Assembly (NCBI GenBank): GCA_964347045.1
Contig: CAYFXC010000005.1
Coordinates: 59,227-123,226, forward strand
Length of the DNA: 64,000 nucleotides
DNA from: an uncultured archaeon
GTDB taxonomy: Archaea; Asgardarchaeota; Hermodarchaeia; Hermodarchaeales; Hermodarchaeaceae
Reading direction: 5' to 3'
Position numbers and translations under genes: made by a program. A model generated the notes under the pieces. It ran no database searches and was not told where the DNA came from. It saw nothing but the letters and a program-made list of their open reading frames with translations. This document shows positions 20,544 to 30,550 of the stretch, in pieces (the stretch's first letter is position 1; each line of letters begins with the position of its first letter).

Positions 20544-22217
20544 TTACTCTTCGATGGTTTCTAACGTTTCGCCAGGCTTAGGAATCATATTGCCTGGATT
20601 TAAAAGCCACTCCGGATCCAGCGAACGTTTTACAGCTGCCATTTCGTTGAGTCCCTCTTCCCCGTACATGATTTTAAGAAATGGACGTTTGAGTTTTCCG
20701 ATTCCATGTTCGGCACTTACAGTGCCACCAAGCTCAACGGCTTTCTTAGCAAATTGCTTATAGATTTTCATTCCCTGATCGACTTCTTCATCCGTTCTAG
20801 GAAGTATATTCACGTGGAGATGGTTATCGCCGATGTGACCGAACATGATGTATTCCATTCCCGCTTCATCCAGGATCTCTTGGTAATAGTCAATAATCGT
20901 TTCCAGATGTTCGTCGGGAACTGCCATGTCTGTACCGAGTTTATGAACACGAGGATATTGCTGTTTACGCTGAGCAATAAGTGCGTTCACTGTTTCAGGG
21001 ATTAGATGCCTTACTGCTTTCATTTTCTCCAAATCACTGGGGTCGATTCCTGCCCATGTATCCTCTATCCCGATACCATATTTTCCTAGCAGTTCTTGAG
21101 CTCTCATGAGAGTATTTTCCATCTCCGCTTCCAGAAAGGGAATTTCGAAGAAAATAATGGCTTCTGCTTTATCAACTTGAGGAGGAACAGTAACACCGGC
21201 TAAGCCTTTAGCTCGAGCGTCTCTGAGCATTTGCACAGCATTGGAATCGAAATACTCAACTAGGGTTGGTTGCACTGGGCTGGATTCACTTCGTACATCG
21301 ATTACAAAGTTGAGAGCTTCTTTTTCAGTGGGAAAGAAGGCAAAAATGGTCAAACTCCGTTCAGGATAGACTTCTAGCCAGACTTCGGCCAGAGTGATCA
21401 CTCCAAGAATTCCTTCTGAACCAATGAATAAGTCGATGAGATCCATTCCTTTATGTGAAAATAATCCCGCAGCGTTTTTTGTTGATGGCATCACATAGTC
21501 AGGTATTTTGATTTGGCAGATTGTACCGTCTGTTAATTCGATTTGAAAAATCCCATCTTTTGCGAACACATTTCCACGGGAGATATCGAGGACATCGCCA
21601 TTGGCTAATACAATACGGATCCGTTTTGTCCATTTACGAATTGCTTCATATCGAAAGGATCGAGCCCCTGAGGCATTGGCCGCGAGAGAACCACCAAGGT
21701 GGGCTGTCATCTCAGTGGGATCGGGAGGGAAGAAATAGGTAGTTGATTCGGCAAGGAATTTATCCAAAGCCGCCTTTTCTGCGTCTGAACCTAGCTCTTT
21801 CAAGGAATTGAGTTGGCGTTTGTAAACCACTGAGTTAAGGGTTTCAAGTGTAATGCCCGGTTCTGCACGAAGATACCATCGGTTTTGCGTTTCGTCAAAA
21901 TTAAGACCACGAAGGTTGTGCATGTTTTCAAGTGAGAGCAAAACACCCCCTTGGGGTACAGCACCACCAACTAATCCGGTTCGTCCTGCTGAGATGGTGA
22001 TTGGGGTTTTGGTTTTATTTGCCCATTGAATTATAGCAACTACGTCTGTTTCCGTTTTTGCGTAGAAGAGCCGTTCGGCGTAGCCATCACCAAAGCGCGC
22101 TTCATCCGTTAGATAGTCACTGCAACTTTCACATATCGCCTCTTCACCATCAATCACTCGAATGGCATCGAGCTCCGAGGGTATGACGTGTTCTGCCTTG
22201 ATTCTATTGTTTGCCAT
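20544..22217 (-). CDS. FAD-binding oxidoreductase, GlcD/D-lactate dehydrogenase-like
   Basis: AGRTGLVGGAVP, ANASG, FIGSEGILG, GHIGDNHLH, AEHGIG and LLNPG. Confidence 0.93.
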   Translation of the reverse strand: MANNRIKAEHVIPSELDAIRVIDGEEAICESCSDYLTDEARFGDGYAERLFYAKTETDVVAIIQWANKTKTPITISAGRTGLVGGAVPQGGVLLSLENMHNLRGLNFDETQNRWYLRAEPGITLETLNSVVYKRQLNSLKELGSDAEKAALDKFLAESTTYFFPPDPTEMTAHLGGSLAANASGARSFRYEAIRKWTKRIRIVLANGDVLDISRGNVFAKDGIFQIELTDGTICQIKIPDYVMPSTKNAAGLFSHKGMDLIDLFIGSEGILGVITLAEVWLEVYPERSLTIFAFFPTEKEALNFVIDVRSESSPVQPTLVEYFDSNAVQMLRDARAKGLAGVTVPPQVDKAEAIIFFEIPFLEAEMENTLMRAQELLGKYGIGIEDTWAGIDPSDLEKMKAVRHLIPETVNALIAQRKQQYPRVHKLGTDMAVPDEHLETIIDYYQEILDEAGMEYIMFGHIGDNHLHVNILPRTDEEVDQGMKIYKQFAKKAVELGGTVSAEHGIGKLKRPFLKIMYGEEGLNEMAAVKRSLDPEWLLNPGNMIPKPGETLETIEE

Positions 22218-22369
22218 TTATTTCACCATTGATTCTAGGTGAATTCGATGACTTCGACTATTTCATAGCCATATATCTTTTTGTTATGAGAAGAGATTCC
22301 TCTTTTACAGGAATGAACATATTTATCTAGCCAATATTAGTCCATCAATAAATGAGGGAATCGGATAGC

Positions 22370-22989
22370 ATGAAATATTCGTGGATTCAGATTATGGAAT
22401 CAGTATTCGCGGTAGTAATCTTCTCTGCATTAGGGATTCTATTGTTTCTTCCACCCCAGGCTTTTGCCTTTTGATAGACCCCGTGCATAATCGTTGTGTT
22501 TTATGCACCTATGAGCTCGTCATAGTGCTGAGTTTGTGTGGGTTTGGTGTGTTTGCAATCCTGCAGACTGTGACTCGTTTTCCAAATGTACACTCTAGAT
22601 TCATCATGCTGATGGCTCTGTTGGGCTCCTCTGTCTTTGGAATCAGCATTATAGTGGTTTGGATGTTCCTCTCCACAGGCCAGTTAGTTATTACGGGGGG
22701 TTGGGTCCTTACTTTGTTGACTTTCAGTATTGGGGTTGTCCTCCTCCTTGATGGTCTTCATTGGATTTTGCCAGTGGTTTATCGAGTTGATTTCGTTCGG
22801 GACCAATCTAGTCTTGGCTGGTCATTAATAGTCCTTGGTCTTGTTGAGATTCTCCTTGCGAGCCTAGTGTTTCTAAATTTAGAGATTATATGGTTTTTAA
22901 TCTACTTTACAATCCTTCTTAGTGCCATTAACTTGGCTCTTAGTTCCCAGATTCAGACTAGCTCAGATTGGATTGAATCTGAAGCTTAA
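22370..22989 (+). pseudogene. Multi-TM membrane protein with apparent frameshift near 22450-22470
   Basis: ATG 22370 (GAGGG SD) reads MKYSWIQIMESVFAVVIFSALGILLFLP and then stops. The hydrophobic sequence continues in another frame to 22989. Confidence 0.5.
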
Positions 22990-23094
22990 ATAGGATTGCA
23001 TGAGGTTGGATAGTTAATCATGTCATAAAAAATCATAAAACTCTCTTATGTCCAAACTCCAGTTGACAAAAATGGCTATCCTTATATCTTGTGC

Positions 23095-23292
23095 TTAGAC
23101 TTCAACACTTTCTCTTCTTGCACGTCGGGTTTTAATAGGAATCATCCGTACAGGCTGTTGAGATAATGGTGGGGTTCCAATTGCGATGAATAGGCATCCC
23201 ATTATAATTCACAATACTGCCAAGATTTGATATGGTTTGTTGGTGCTTAAGATCCATAATTTTGGAGTATAATCACCATAAGTTTCCCCCAT
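23095..23292 (-). pseudogene. Small TM protein interrupted by in-frame TGA
   Basis: GGAGG SD, then MGETYG...QILAVL*IIMGCLFIAIG...EV. The TGA at 23211-23209 lies inside a hydrophobic segment. Confidence 0.4.
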
Positions 23293-23404
23293 TGTTGTAC
23301 CCTCCATAGTTAATGTACGAGATTAAGAATAAAAATCCACGTAATCAAGACTCATAGACGAAATGCTTTTTTGCTGCTTAATATAGCATCACCTTGCTGA
23401 AATA

Positions 23405-23437
23405 AACCTGATTTAAATTGAAGAAGTAAATCAGGTT
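23405..23437. repeat. 11-bp inverted repeat (hairpin or operator)
   Basis: AACCTGATTTA-N11-TAAATCAGGTT. Confidence 0.55.
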
Positions 23438-23579
23438 ACGAAGAACCCTAACAATTTCTTATACTCACTCGCATACTAGCAGATCTAGCTTTACTCCTAT
23501 CTTGTGGGTATACTGATTTCTAAATGGATGTTATACGAGATGGTTTTCATTTCTTTCTCAATCAGTTTGGCTTTGTACT

Positions 23580-24086
23580 TCAATCTTTGTTGTTAGTCAA
23601 TATAAGCTCATAAAGTTCAACATCAACACCCCAGAAATGTTGGCGAAGAATGCCTGATTTTTGAAATCCTAGTTTTTGATATAGGGATATCGCTCCTGTG
23701 AGGTCGGGGACTGTATCCAACCAAACCTTTGTTGCATTGTGTTTCTGTGCAAAATTTATCACTTGTCTTGTAAGAGCTGTACCAACCCCTCGTCGTTGGT
23801 ATTTCTGGTCAACAACCATGTGTTTCAACATACATGTTCCATGAATTAATGAACATCCCACAACTCCAATAATCTGATTTTCAATCTTAGCGACAAAATG
23901 AGTATACCGATCTAGTCGCTCTTTGACTTCTGTGGGAGAGGGCTGTCGTGAAATAATAAGTTCTTCAGGTAACTTGTCTCGATAGTCGTCTAAAACCTGT
24001 TTATAGAGTGCTGAGATCTTTTCAATATCATTAAAATCTGCTTGTAAGATCCTAAAACCAAGACGCTCAGACTTTTTTTCTCTCAT
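23580..24086 (-). CDS. GNAT family N-acetyltransferase
   Basis: VDQKYQRRGVGTAL acetyl-CoA motif and AISLYQKLGF. Confidence 0.92.
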   Translation of the reverse strand: MREKKSERLGFRILQADFNDIEKISALYKQVLDDYRDKLPEELIISRQPSPTEVKERLDRYTHFVAKIENQIIGVVGCSLIHGTCMLKHMVVDQKYQRRGVGTALTRQVINFAQKHNATKVWLDTVPDLTGAISLYQKLGFQKSGILRQHFWGVDVELYELILTNNKD

Positions 24087-24394
24087 GATGTAGTTTGTGT
24101 CAATTTCTGGCTATTAAGTATCTGGGATAAAACACAAAGAAAAAAAGTGATCCTAAAAAATCTTCAACTAGCCCTACTTCTGAACCTTGATTGTATTTCG
24201 GATTCAACTGGTCTTTATTTCACTGATCACTACTGTCGACATTATTTTTGGTGATGCATTTTCGAATAACATTCCAATTTAATATCCCTTATTCCTCACT
24301 TGATTTGTCATTTTTAGAATGAGAACCAACTAATTTCTAAAAATTGGTTATCCTCATATTTTTTGTGTAAGAATGAATTCGAGGTAATTGCGGT

Positions 24395-24808
24395 TCATTT
24401 TTCTTCCTTTTCTTGATTTAATAAACCAACTTGAATTGTTATATCATTATTTTGTTTTGGCTTGAGTTGTTCCATTCTTTCCTCAAGAATCAATTTCACA
24501 TGCTTTGGCTCTTTAACTGATAGGAAAATCCTGTTCCAGCGTCCATTTCTAAGAATAAGCCTTATTCCTTCATCTCGAATTGCGAAGTATTTTTCTCCTT
24601 TTATTCCATATCTTAACCCACGACCAATCCACCTTGGAATTTTTTTTACCAATTCTACAAATTCGATATCCAAAATGGGGATTACTTGGTGATGGGTAGC
24701 GAAACATGCCTCAACTCTGTCCAAATAGACTTTGAAATAATATGTTCAGTGCTAAATCCGTCCCCTTTCCTCGTAAAGAGGAATCAATTTATTATTAAAC
24801 GTGATCAC
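24395..24808 (-). pseudogene. Decayed hypothetical gene (beta-rich, possibly PH-like)
   Basis: The frame extends upstream of the tracked ORF as LIPLYEERGRI*H*TYYFKVYLDRVE, with TAG at 24754 and TGA at 24748, behind a GAGGAG SD-like site. Confidence 0.45.
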
Positions 24809-24909
24809 TCCTCAATGAAATTTTGATAGGTCACCTATAGATAGTTGAGTGGAATTTTTCGGACTAAAATTACATATCCGTTTCAGCTCTCACCTTACTC
24901 TATTTTAGT

Positions 24910-25677
24910 CTATACTGTGATGAAGGTATACGACTCAAAATAGTTGAGATTTATGATTGCGCACTCAGTGATTTCAGATCCATACGTTTCAACAAAATAG
25001 TCATTCATATCCAAATTAAAATGGTACAAAATTAGGTATTCGGGTTGAATAATTTGAACTGCTTCAACGATGTCATCCCCGACGTATGTTAAATAGTAGG
25101 GGAGCATGACCACGTCTATTAGCCCATTGAGTTCATCGTATTCCTCGATGGCGTAGGCATCACCCGCGTGAAAAATTGTAAACCCATTGATGTCGATGAT
25201 ATAACTTGTCCAATTTGCGTTTTCCGGATGACTAGAGATAGCTGGGGGTAGATACATGTAGAACGCGGTAACGTTAATTGGTCCCACTCGAAATTGTTCT
25301 CCAGGAACCACGCCAATGCCACTATGTTGAATGATCTCTGTGGACATGCTTGCTGGGAATACGTTGTGTGTGCCTTCTTTTTGAAGCATATTGATTGTGG
25401 CAGCTTCATAATGATCACTATGTGGGTGAGTTATCAAAACCGCATCAGCTGGAGCGAATTGAAAATTTTGTGGGAGATTAATCGGGTCAATATAGATTCG
25501 TACTCCCTCTGCCTCAATCATCACTCCAGCATTATCTAATAACTGTAGATATATTGAATTGGTGTTCATTGGTGGGGAAAAAAGAAGATTCGAAGCTAGA
25601 AAGGCAAAACCAAAACCGACTAACGTGATGACGAAAATTGAGCTAGCGATAATTTTGGTGCGCCTTGAAAGGGACAT
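24910..25677 (-). CDS. Membrane-anchored MBL-fold metallo-hydrolase
   Basis: N-terminal TM, IYIDP, ITHPHSDH and FHAGD. Confidence 0.9.
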   Translation of the reverse strand: MSLSRRTKIIASSIFVITLVGFGFAFLASNLLFSPPMNTNSIYLQLLDNAGVMIEAEGVRIYIDPINLPQNFQFAPADAVLITHPHSDHYEAATINMLQKEGTHNVFPASMSTEIIQHSGIGVVPGEQFRVGPINVTAFYMYLPPAISSHPENANWTSYIIDINGFTIFHAGDAYAIEEYDELNGLIDVVMLPYYLTYVGDDIVEAVQIIQPEYLILYHFNLDMNDYFVETYGSEITECAIINLNYFESYTFITV

Positions 25678-25826
25678 ATTTCTTTTGTTGTTGATACTAA
25701 ATTTTATGGGCTTGGATACCGGTCGTATCGGAATTAGACAATTTCAAATAAAGCATTGCTTCAGAATCGAACTCATCAGTTCAGGATTAGACATCACGGG
25801 TCTTTCGGAAATATGTAAGTGCCAGC

Positions 25827-26969
25827 TCATTTGATTTTAATTTCATCTTCTTTGAGAAGATAATCTTGGAGGTGGTCTTTGGCTTTTTCTCGTCGCTTCT
25901 GGTGTTCAGTTAGATATTTTATTGCAAGGTCGATGCTGATGTTCTTACATTCGCCGCAGAGCATATCACCACTTCGGCATCGTTGTTCAAGGGCTTCAAG
26001 TTTGTCTTGTTTTGGAATAAACAAAAGTTGATAATTATCGAAAATTGAGCAAATTTCAGGCTGTCCGCCCAGTTTTCGTTGTTCTGCAGCATTTCCTCGA
26101 CCCCCCGTAAATGCATTCTGGAGTTTTTTCTTGATGACTGCAGGTGGATCCACGGTAAACAGGGCTGAGTCCGGATCAGAAGCTGACATTTTGCCTCCTT
26201 GTTGGAGTCCACGGAGAAACTTTGAGTGTAATATTCCTGGTTTTAGATATCCTAGTTTTGGAAGAACATCTCGGGCAGCTCGGAAGTGGGCGTCTTGGTC
26301 AATAGCTAGCGGAATGACGCAGGGAACATTATAGCCCACGCGGACTGAGTGGAGGAATGCAGGGACGGCTTGGAAACTGGTAAAGAAGATTGATCCAATG
26401 TTATTTGAATTTGTGAAGCCGAAGACGGCTTTTGCTGTGGAGAAGGTGATGCGCTTGGCTACTTGAATGGCTAAGGGATAGATGGTTCGTGCATGATAGG
26501 AATCCAGGATGATATGTGTGTTCTTGGGGTCAAATCCGATGGCAATAAGGTCCAAGGCATTCTCCTTGGCGTAGTAGCGTGCTTTGTCGAGTTCGAGGTC
26601 GAATTTAAAGAGGAATTTCTCATCGTCGGTGAGTTGGAAGTAGTAGGGGCATTTGAATTTGTCTTGCATCCATTTCGTGAAGATGAATTGGGTCAGGTGT
26701 CCGATATGGGTATGTCCACTGGGTCCCCGACCATTGTATAAGAAGAAGGGATTACCTTTCTCATATTCGTCGAAGATGAAGTTCATATCACGATGGCTGA
26801 AATAGATGCCACGTTTCAGTAGATAGTGTAGTTCACCTGCATGCTTCTGAAATCGGGCGAGTAGTTTTTCGTCGATGCGCTCTGTGCCAAACTGCTTGAT
26901 TAGTTTATCGTAATCAATGTCACCTTTCACTTCCCATGGGGTTACTACAAATTCGTCATCACCGGGCAA
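25827..26969 (-). CDS. trpS: Tryptophanyl-tRNA synthetase (archaeal/eukaryotic type)
   Basis: VTPWEV, GRGPS, HIGH, TDDEK, AIDQD, KMSAS and AFTGG. Confidence 0.97.
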   Translation of the reverse strand: MPGDDEFVVTPWEVKGDIDYDKLIKQFGTERIDEKLLARFQKHAGELHYLLKRGIYFSHRDMNFIFDEYEKGNPFFLYNGRGPSGHTHIGHLTQFIFTKWMQDKFKCPYYFQLTDDEKFLFKFDLELDKARYYAKENALDLIAIGFDPKNTHIILDSYHARTIYPLAIQVAKRITFSTAKAVFGFTNSNNIGSIFFTSFQAVPAFLHSVRVGYNVPCVIPLAIDQDAHFRAARDVLPKLGYLKPGILHSKFLRGLQQGGKMSASDPDSALFTVDPPAVIKKKLQNAFTGGRGNAAEQRKLGGQPEICSIFDNYQLLFIPKQDKLEALEQRCRSGDMLCGECKNISIDLAIKYLTEHQKRREKAKDHLQDYLLKEDEIKIK

Positions 26970-27208
26970 AATGAGTCACAACTCCTTTTTTTGGGTAATT
27001 CAACTTTGGTTTGGCTCTTCTTGGCGAATCTCAGATTACTCTTAGAAAAGGTGCACTTAAAGACTTTAAAAGTTGATTCGGTAGCAGAGCTAGCTAGGCG
27101 ACAAGAAGAGAACAAATTATGCAATAAGCCAAAAACGATCGCCTTTCATTATTAACTACCAGGGGCAAATCACGAGTACTCGTATTTAAATCGTGTGCCA
27201 TCAACCCC

Positions 27209-27225
27209 CGAAAAAACCTTTAAAT
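27209..27225 (+). promoter_or_regulatory. BRE/TATA promoter candidate for tRNA-Trp
   Basis: CGAAAAAA-C-CTTTAAAT ending about 35 nt upstream of the tRNA. Confidence 0.5.
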
Positions 27226-27259
27226 CTCATGCATCAGACCATAGGCTCGTTTGTCAATC

Positions 27260-27404
27260 GGGGTCATGGCCTAACCAGGTATGGCAACGGGCTCCAGAAG
27301 AAGCCACCAGAAATACAAACTGACCGGATGCTCGGGATGACGATGTTCTGGAGCGACCTGGTGAAACCCGTAGATTCTGGGTTCAAATCCCAGTGACCCC
27401 ACCA
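27260..27404 (+). tRNA. trnW: tRNA-Trp(CCA) with 68-nt intron (27298-27365) and encoded CCA end
   Basis: Acceptor stem GGGGTCA/TGACCCC, anticodon stem ACGGG/CCCGT, loop CT-CCA-G|A, T-arm CTGGG-TTCAAAT-CCCAG, ACCA end and a BHB-like junction. Confidence 0.95.
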
Positions 27405-27468
27405 CAATTTCATTTAGTCAACTTGGTGATTTTCTGACGCTATTTCTGATCCTAAAATCAAGAAGTGG

Positions 27469-28242
27469 TCATTCGTCTTGGCCGTAGCTTTGCCATTTAC
27501 TAGCTCGCGCAAATCCTCTCATATATCCAACTTTGTGATTTACGCTGAGAACTGTGCCTTTGGTATGGCCCCGGAGAATTACTGCCGTTCGTCGTGTTTT
27601 AGGATCGATATATAATGGGCCTCGAATTGAGTTCCAAAGAAACTCACTGAAATATGCGGTTAGTAAGCTTATGGTTGTTGATATTGCACAAAATGATGTG
27701 ATAACCATTACTGCCATTAGGAGAAAGAGCCAAGGAGATGTAAGCCATAGAAGCATTTCGTAGGGTGAAGTGTATCCATACATGCCTGCAATGATGGAGA
27801 ATAGCATATTCATATTTATCATGTCGATGAGGTAGGCGTTCGAGTAAAAAACCGCAAATAGAACGGCTCCCAGTAGGCGATGACGGAAGGAATGAGAATC
27901 TATGAGTGGGATGAAAATTGCTGCGGATATGCCGATGCTGAAACTCATGATAAGAGGAATGGGTGATGAGGGTATAGAGACTATTTGAATGGAATAGCTT
28001 GAACCTGACCCTGAAGAGATTTCTTCTATAAAAACGGTGGGTGGGATGAAAATGGCGATGCTAAGAAGGATTAAACCTGCTATGCCCGAAATTAGAATGT
28101 ACAAAAAAACTCCGCTATCGGAAATCCAGCTTCTTTTAGGGATTGAATAGGTGGTTGGAAAATCACGCGCCATGGATGGCGGCATGGGGCAAGCTTTGTA
28201 AGATTTCTTCAATGCATTTTTATTTAATGGGTTATTTTCCAT
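27469..28242 (-). CDS. Hypothetical multi-TM membrane protein
   Basis: About 4-5 hydrophobic helices. ATG 28242 overlaps the end of the upstream HTH gene. Confidence 0.65.
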   Translation of the reverse strand: MENNPLNKNALKKSYKACPMPPSMARDFPTTYSIPKRSWISDSGVFLYILISGIAGLILLSIAIFIPPTVFIEEISSGSGSSYSIQIVSIPSSPIPLIMSFSIGISAAIFIPLIDSHSFRHRLLGAVLFAVFYSNAYLIDMINMNMLFSIIAGMYGYTSPYEMLLWLTSPWLFLLMAVMVITSFCAISTTISLLTAYFSEFLWNSIRGPLYIDPKTRRTAVILRGHTKGTVLSVNHKVGYMRGFARASKWQSYGQDE

Positions 28243-28718
28243 CCTAATTGCTCCCTGATCTGAGTCAACAAGTGGAGAGCATTCTCGGAGGGTGTATGGT
28301 TGGGTTGTAGTAAGACTTGCCACTCTTTGGCTAGTTGGTTGATGGTATCAATGCAATTATCCTGGGCTTCACAATTGTTACAGGCGCCATTATGTTCAAA
28401 CCAAGTTTGGATTCCGAGTTTGAGTGAGTAAAAAATATAGGCTTGGCTTTTGGTGCTGGGATTGTAACCAACAGCGAATCCATGTCGGGGGCTAGAATGT
28501 TGGATATGAATACGGTTGACTGCTGCTGAATATTGGATGAGTTGTTTAATCCTTGTTTCGGCCTGTCGTTGAGCCTTACTGATGAATGGGCGAGAGACGC
28601 CAAATTTCTCTGCAAGTTTAGAGGGGCGGATTTTTTGACGCCTTTTCAACCAGATGTGATTTTGCTGCTTAGTGGGGTATCGCAGGTTAGGAAACATCAA
28701 ACAAACTCTTCCATTCAT
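28224..28718 (-). CDS. HTH DNA-binding protein with CxxCx4C motif
   Basis: PSKLAEKFGVSRPFISKA HTH and GACNNCEAQDNC. Start may be 28697. Confidence 0.75.
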   Translation of the reverse strand: MNGRVCLMFPNLRYPTKQQNHIWLKRRQKIRPSKLAEKFGVSRPFISKAQRQAETRIKQLIQYSAAVNRIHIQHSSPRHGFAVGYNPSTKSQAYIFYSLKLGIQTWFEHNGACNNCEAQDNCIDTINQLAKEWQVLLQPNHTPSENALHLLTQIREQLGWKITH

Positions 28719-28909
28719 TTCTTTGGTTCTCTGAACTATTATACATAATTTAGATACATAAATTAACCTGTTTTGGGTTAACTCTTCAAATGTAATATAA
28801 ATTTTGTAAAATGAAATTCCGTTTCATCCAAAATTTGGTTAGCAAAACCAATAGTTACTTAATATCCTGTTGGCATTTTGCCATATCTTTCATTGGAGGA
28901 ATTTTCTTA

Positions 28910-29455
28910 ATGGTTAAAGATATGACAGAAGCCAATTTGCGCAGTGCATATGCTGGTGAAAGTCAAGCGCATATGCGATACCTCATTTACATGGATATGG
29001 CAAATAAGGAAGGCTTTCCGAATGTTGCGCGTCTTTTCCATGCTGCTGCTTATGCCGAACGGGTTCATGCAAAAACCCATTTCAAGCATATCAAGACGAA
29101 AGGTGACTTCCAAACCGTCGGTGGTGCTATCTTCGGTACAGAAAACACTTCTGAAGCCCTTCAAGCAGGAATTGATGGAGAAAGTTTTGAAATCGAAGAA
29201 ATGTATCCCGCTTATCGTACAGTTGCACAAGCCCAGGGTGAAAAGGGTGCCGATACAAGTTTCTACTGGGCAATGGAAGCCGAAAAGAACCACCTGCGTC
29301 TTTATGAGAAAGCGAAGAAAGCCGTCGATGCCGGAAAGGACGCAGATTTCAACGATATTCAAGTATGTCCTGTTTGTGGTCACACAGTAGAGGGTGCAGC
29401 ACCAGACTCTTGCCCTATATGTAAAACACCAGGATCGAAGTTTAAAACCTTCTAG
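28910..29455 (+). CDS. rbr: Rubrerythrin
   Basis: GESQA, AERVHA, EMYP and EKNH diiron motifs, CPVC...CPIC rubredoxin domain. GGAGGA SD before ATG 28910. Confidence 0.95.
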   Translation: MVKDMTEANLRSAYAGESQAHMRYLIYMDMANKEGFPNVARLFHAAAYAERVHAKTHFKHIKTKGDFQTVGGAIFGTENTSEALQAGIDGESFEIEEMYPAYRTVAQAQGEKGADTSFYWAMEAEKNHLRLYEKAKKAVDAGKDADFNDIQVCPVCGHTVEGAAPDSCPICKTPGSKFKTF

Positions 29456-29477
29456 CTGTTTTATGTTTTTAGCTATA

Positions 29478-29493
29478 ACCTGTTTTTACAGGT
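29478..29493 (+). terminator. Hairpin downstream of rubrerythrin
   Basis: ACCTGT-TTTT-ACAGGT inverted repeat following T-rich tracts. Confidence 0.4.
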
Positions 29494-29581
29494 TTGGCTT
29501 CTCTCCATCTTTATTTAATGTCCTACTAATTTTTAGCCATTAACCACTAGAAATTAGTTCCTCTTTGGAGGTTAGTTTAAG

Positions 29582-30496
29582 GTGGTGTTCTTTGATCCTG
29601 GCATTATCATCTTTCTTCAGACAATATTTCCATATGCAGTTTGGGAGTTATTGAATCTTTTTGGTGAACCGATTTTCTATGTGATTGTACTCGGTACCTC
29701 CTATTGGTGTCTGAACAAACGGGAAGGAAAAATAGCGATAATATTGGTAATGTTTTCTAATTTCATCAATATCATACTGAAATATGCATTCAAAATACCA
29801 CGCCCTCCAACAGAACTTCGTCAAAATCCTGAATACGCCGCAGATCAATCCTATGGATTTCCGAGTGGTGCGACACAAACGGCTACAACATTCTGGGGAT
29901 GGGTTATGCTACGTCTGCGCCGATGGTGGATCGTGACGGTAGGAGTTATGATCATTATTATCACAGCACTTGCTCGCATGGGTCTAGGAATGCACTATTC
30001 AGGTGATGTAATTGGTGGGATAATATTTGGAGTCATTCTCGTTACTTGGGCATTTTTTTTAGTACCATATTTTGAGCCACGCTGGAAGCGTATCCCTGAA
30101 TATCTCCAAAATTGGTTACTACCTAGCATAGCGCTGATATTCTTTCTCATTTATTTCACGGCCTATGCAACTGGGCTACCCTACTTCCCATCAGAGAATA
30201 TTGCTCTTTCAATGGGCATCGTTTTTGGTTTCTGTACCGGACTTATACCAGAAAAGCGTTATGTGGATTTCAGTACAAAAGTTTCAAGAAATACAAAAAT
30301 TATACGAGCAATTTTAGGTGTTTTTGTTGCCTTTATCATCTACTTTGCATTGACTGCGGGATTCTCACTCATTCCCGGTCTTCCGCTCCTTGACTATACA
30401 GCACGATTTATCCGGTATATTATTGTCGGCTTCTTTGGAGCCTTTATCATTCCCCTTATGTTTTCCTATATTGAAAAGTGGAGAGGGCTAACATAG
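29582..30496 (+). CDS. PAP2 family membrane phosphatase
   Basis: KYAFKIPRP, FPSG and ARMGLGMHYSGD motifs, multiple TMs. Confidence 0.9.
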   Translation: MVFFDPGIIIFLQTIFPYAVWELLNLFGEPIFYVIVLGTSYWCLNKREGKIAIILVMFSNFINIILKYAFKIPRPPTELRQNPEYAADQSYGFPSGATQTATTFWGWVMLRLRRWWIVTVGVMIIIITALARMGLGMHYSGDVIGGIIFGVILVTWAFFLVPYFEPRWKRIPEYLQNWLLPSIALIFFLIYFTAYATGLPYFPSENIALSMGIVFGFCTGLIPEKRYVDFSTKVSRNTKIIRAILGVFVAFIIYFALTAGFSLIPGLPLLDYTARFIRYIIVGFFGAFIIPLMFSYIEKWRGLT

Positions 30497-30550
30497 CTGG
30501 CTTGAAAAATGAATTATGTCTATCAAGAGAAATAATTTGATGGTGTTGGG

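Noticed and set aside
27193-27396. 67-aa ORF
   Set aside because: It overlaps the tRNA-Trp gene and is spurious.
27370-28718. Integrative element at the tRNA-Trp 3' end
   Set aside because: No integrase and no duplicate of the tRNA 3' end were seen in the window.
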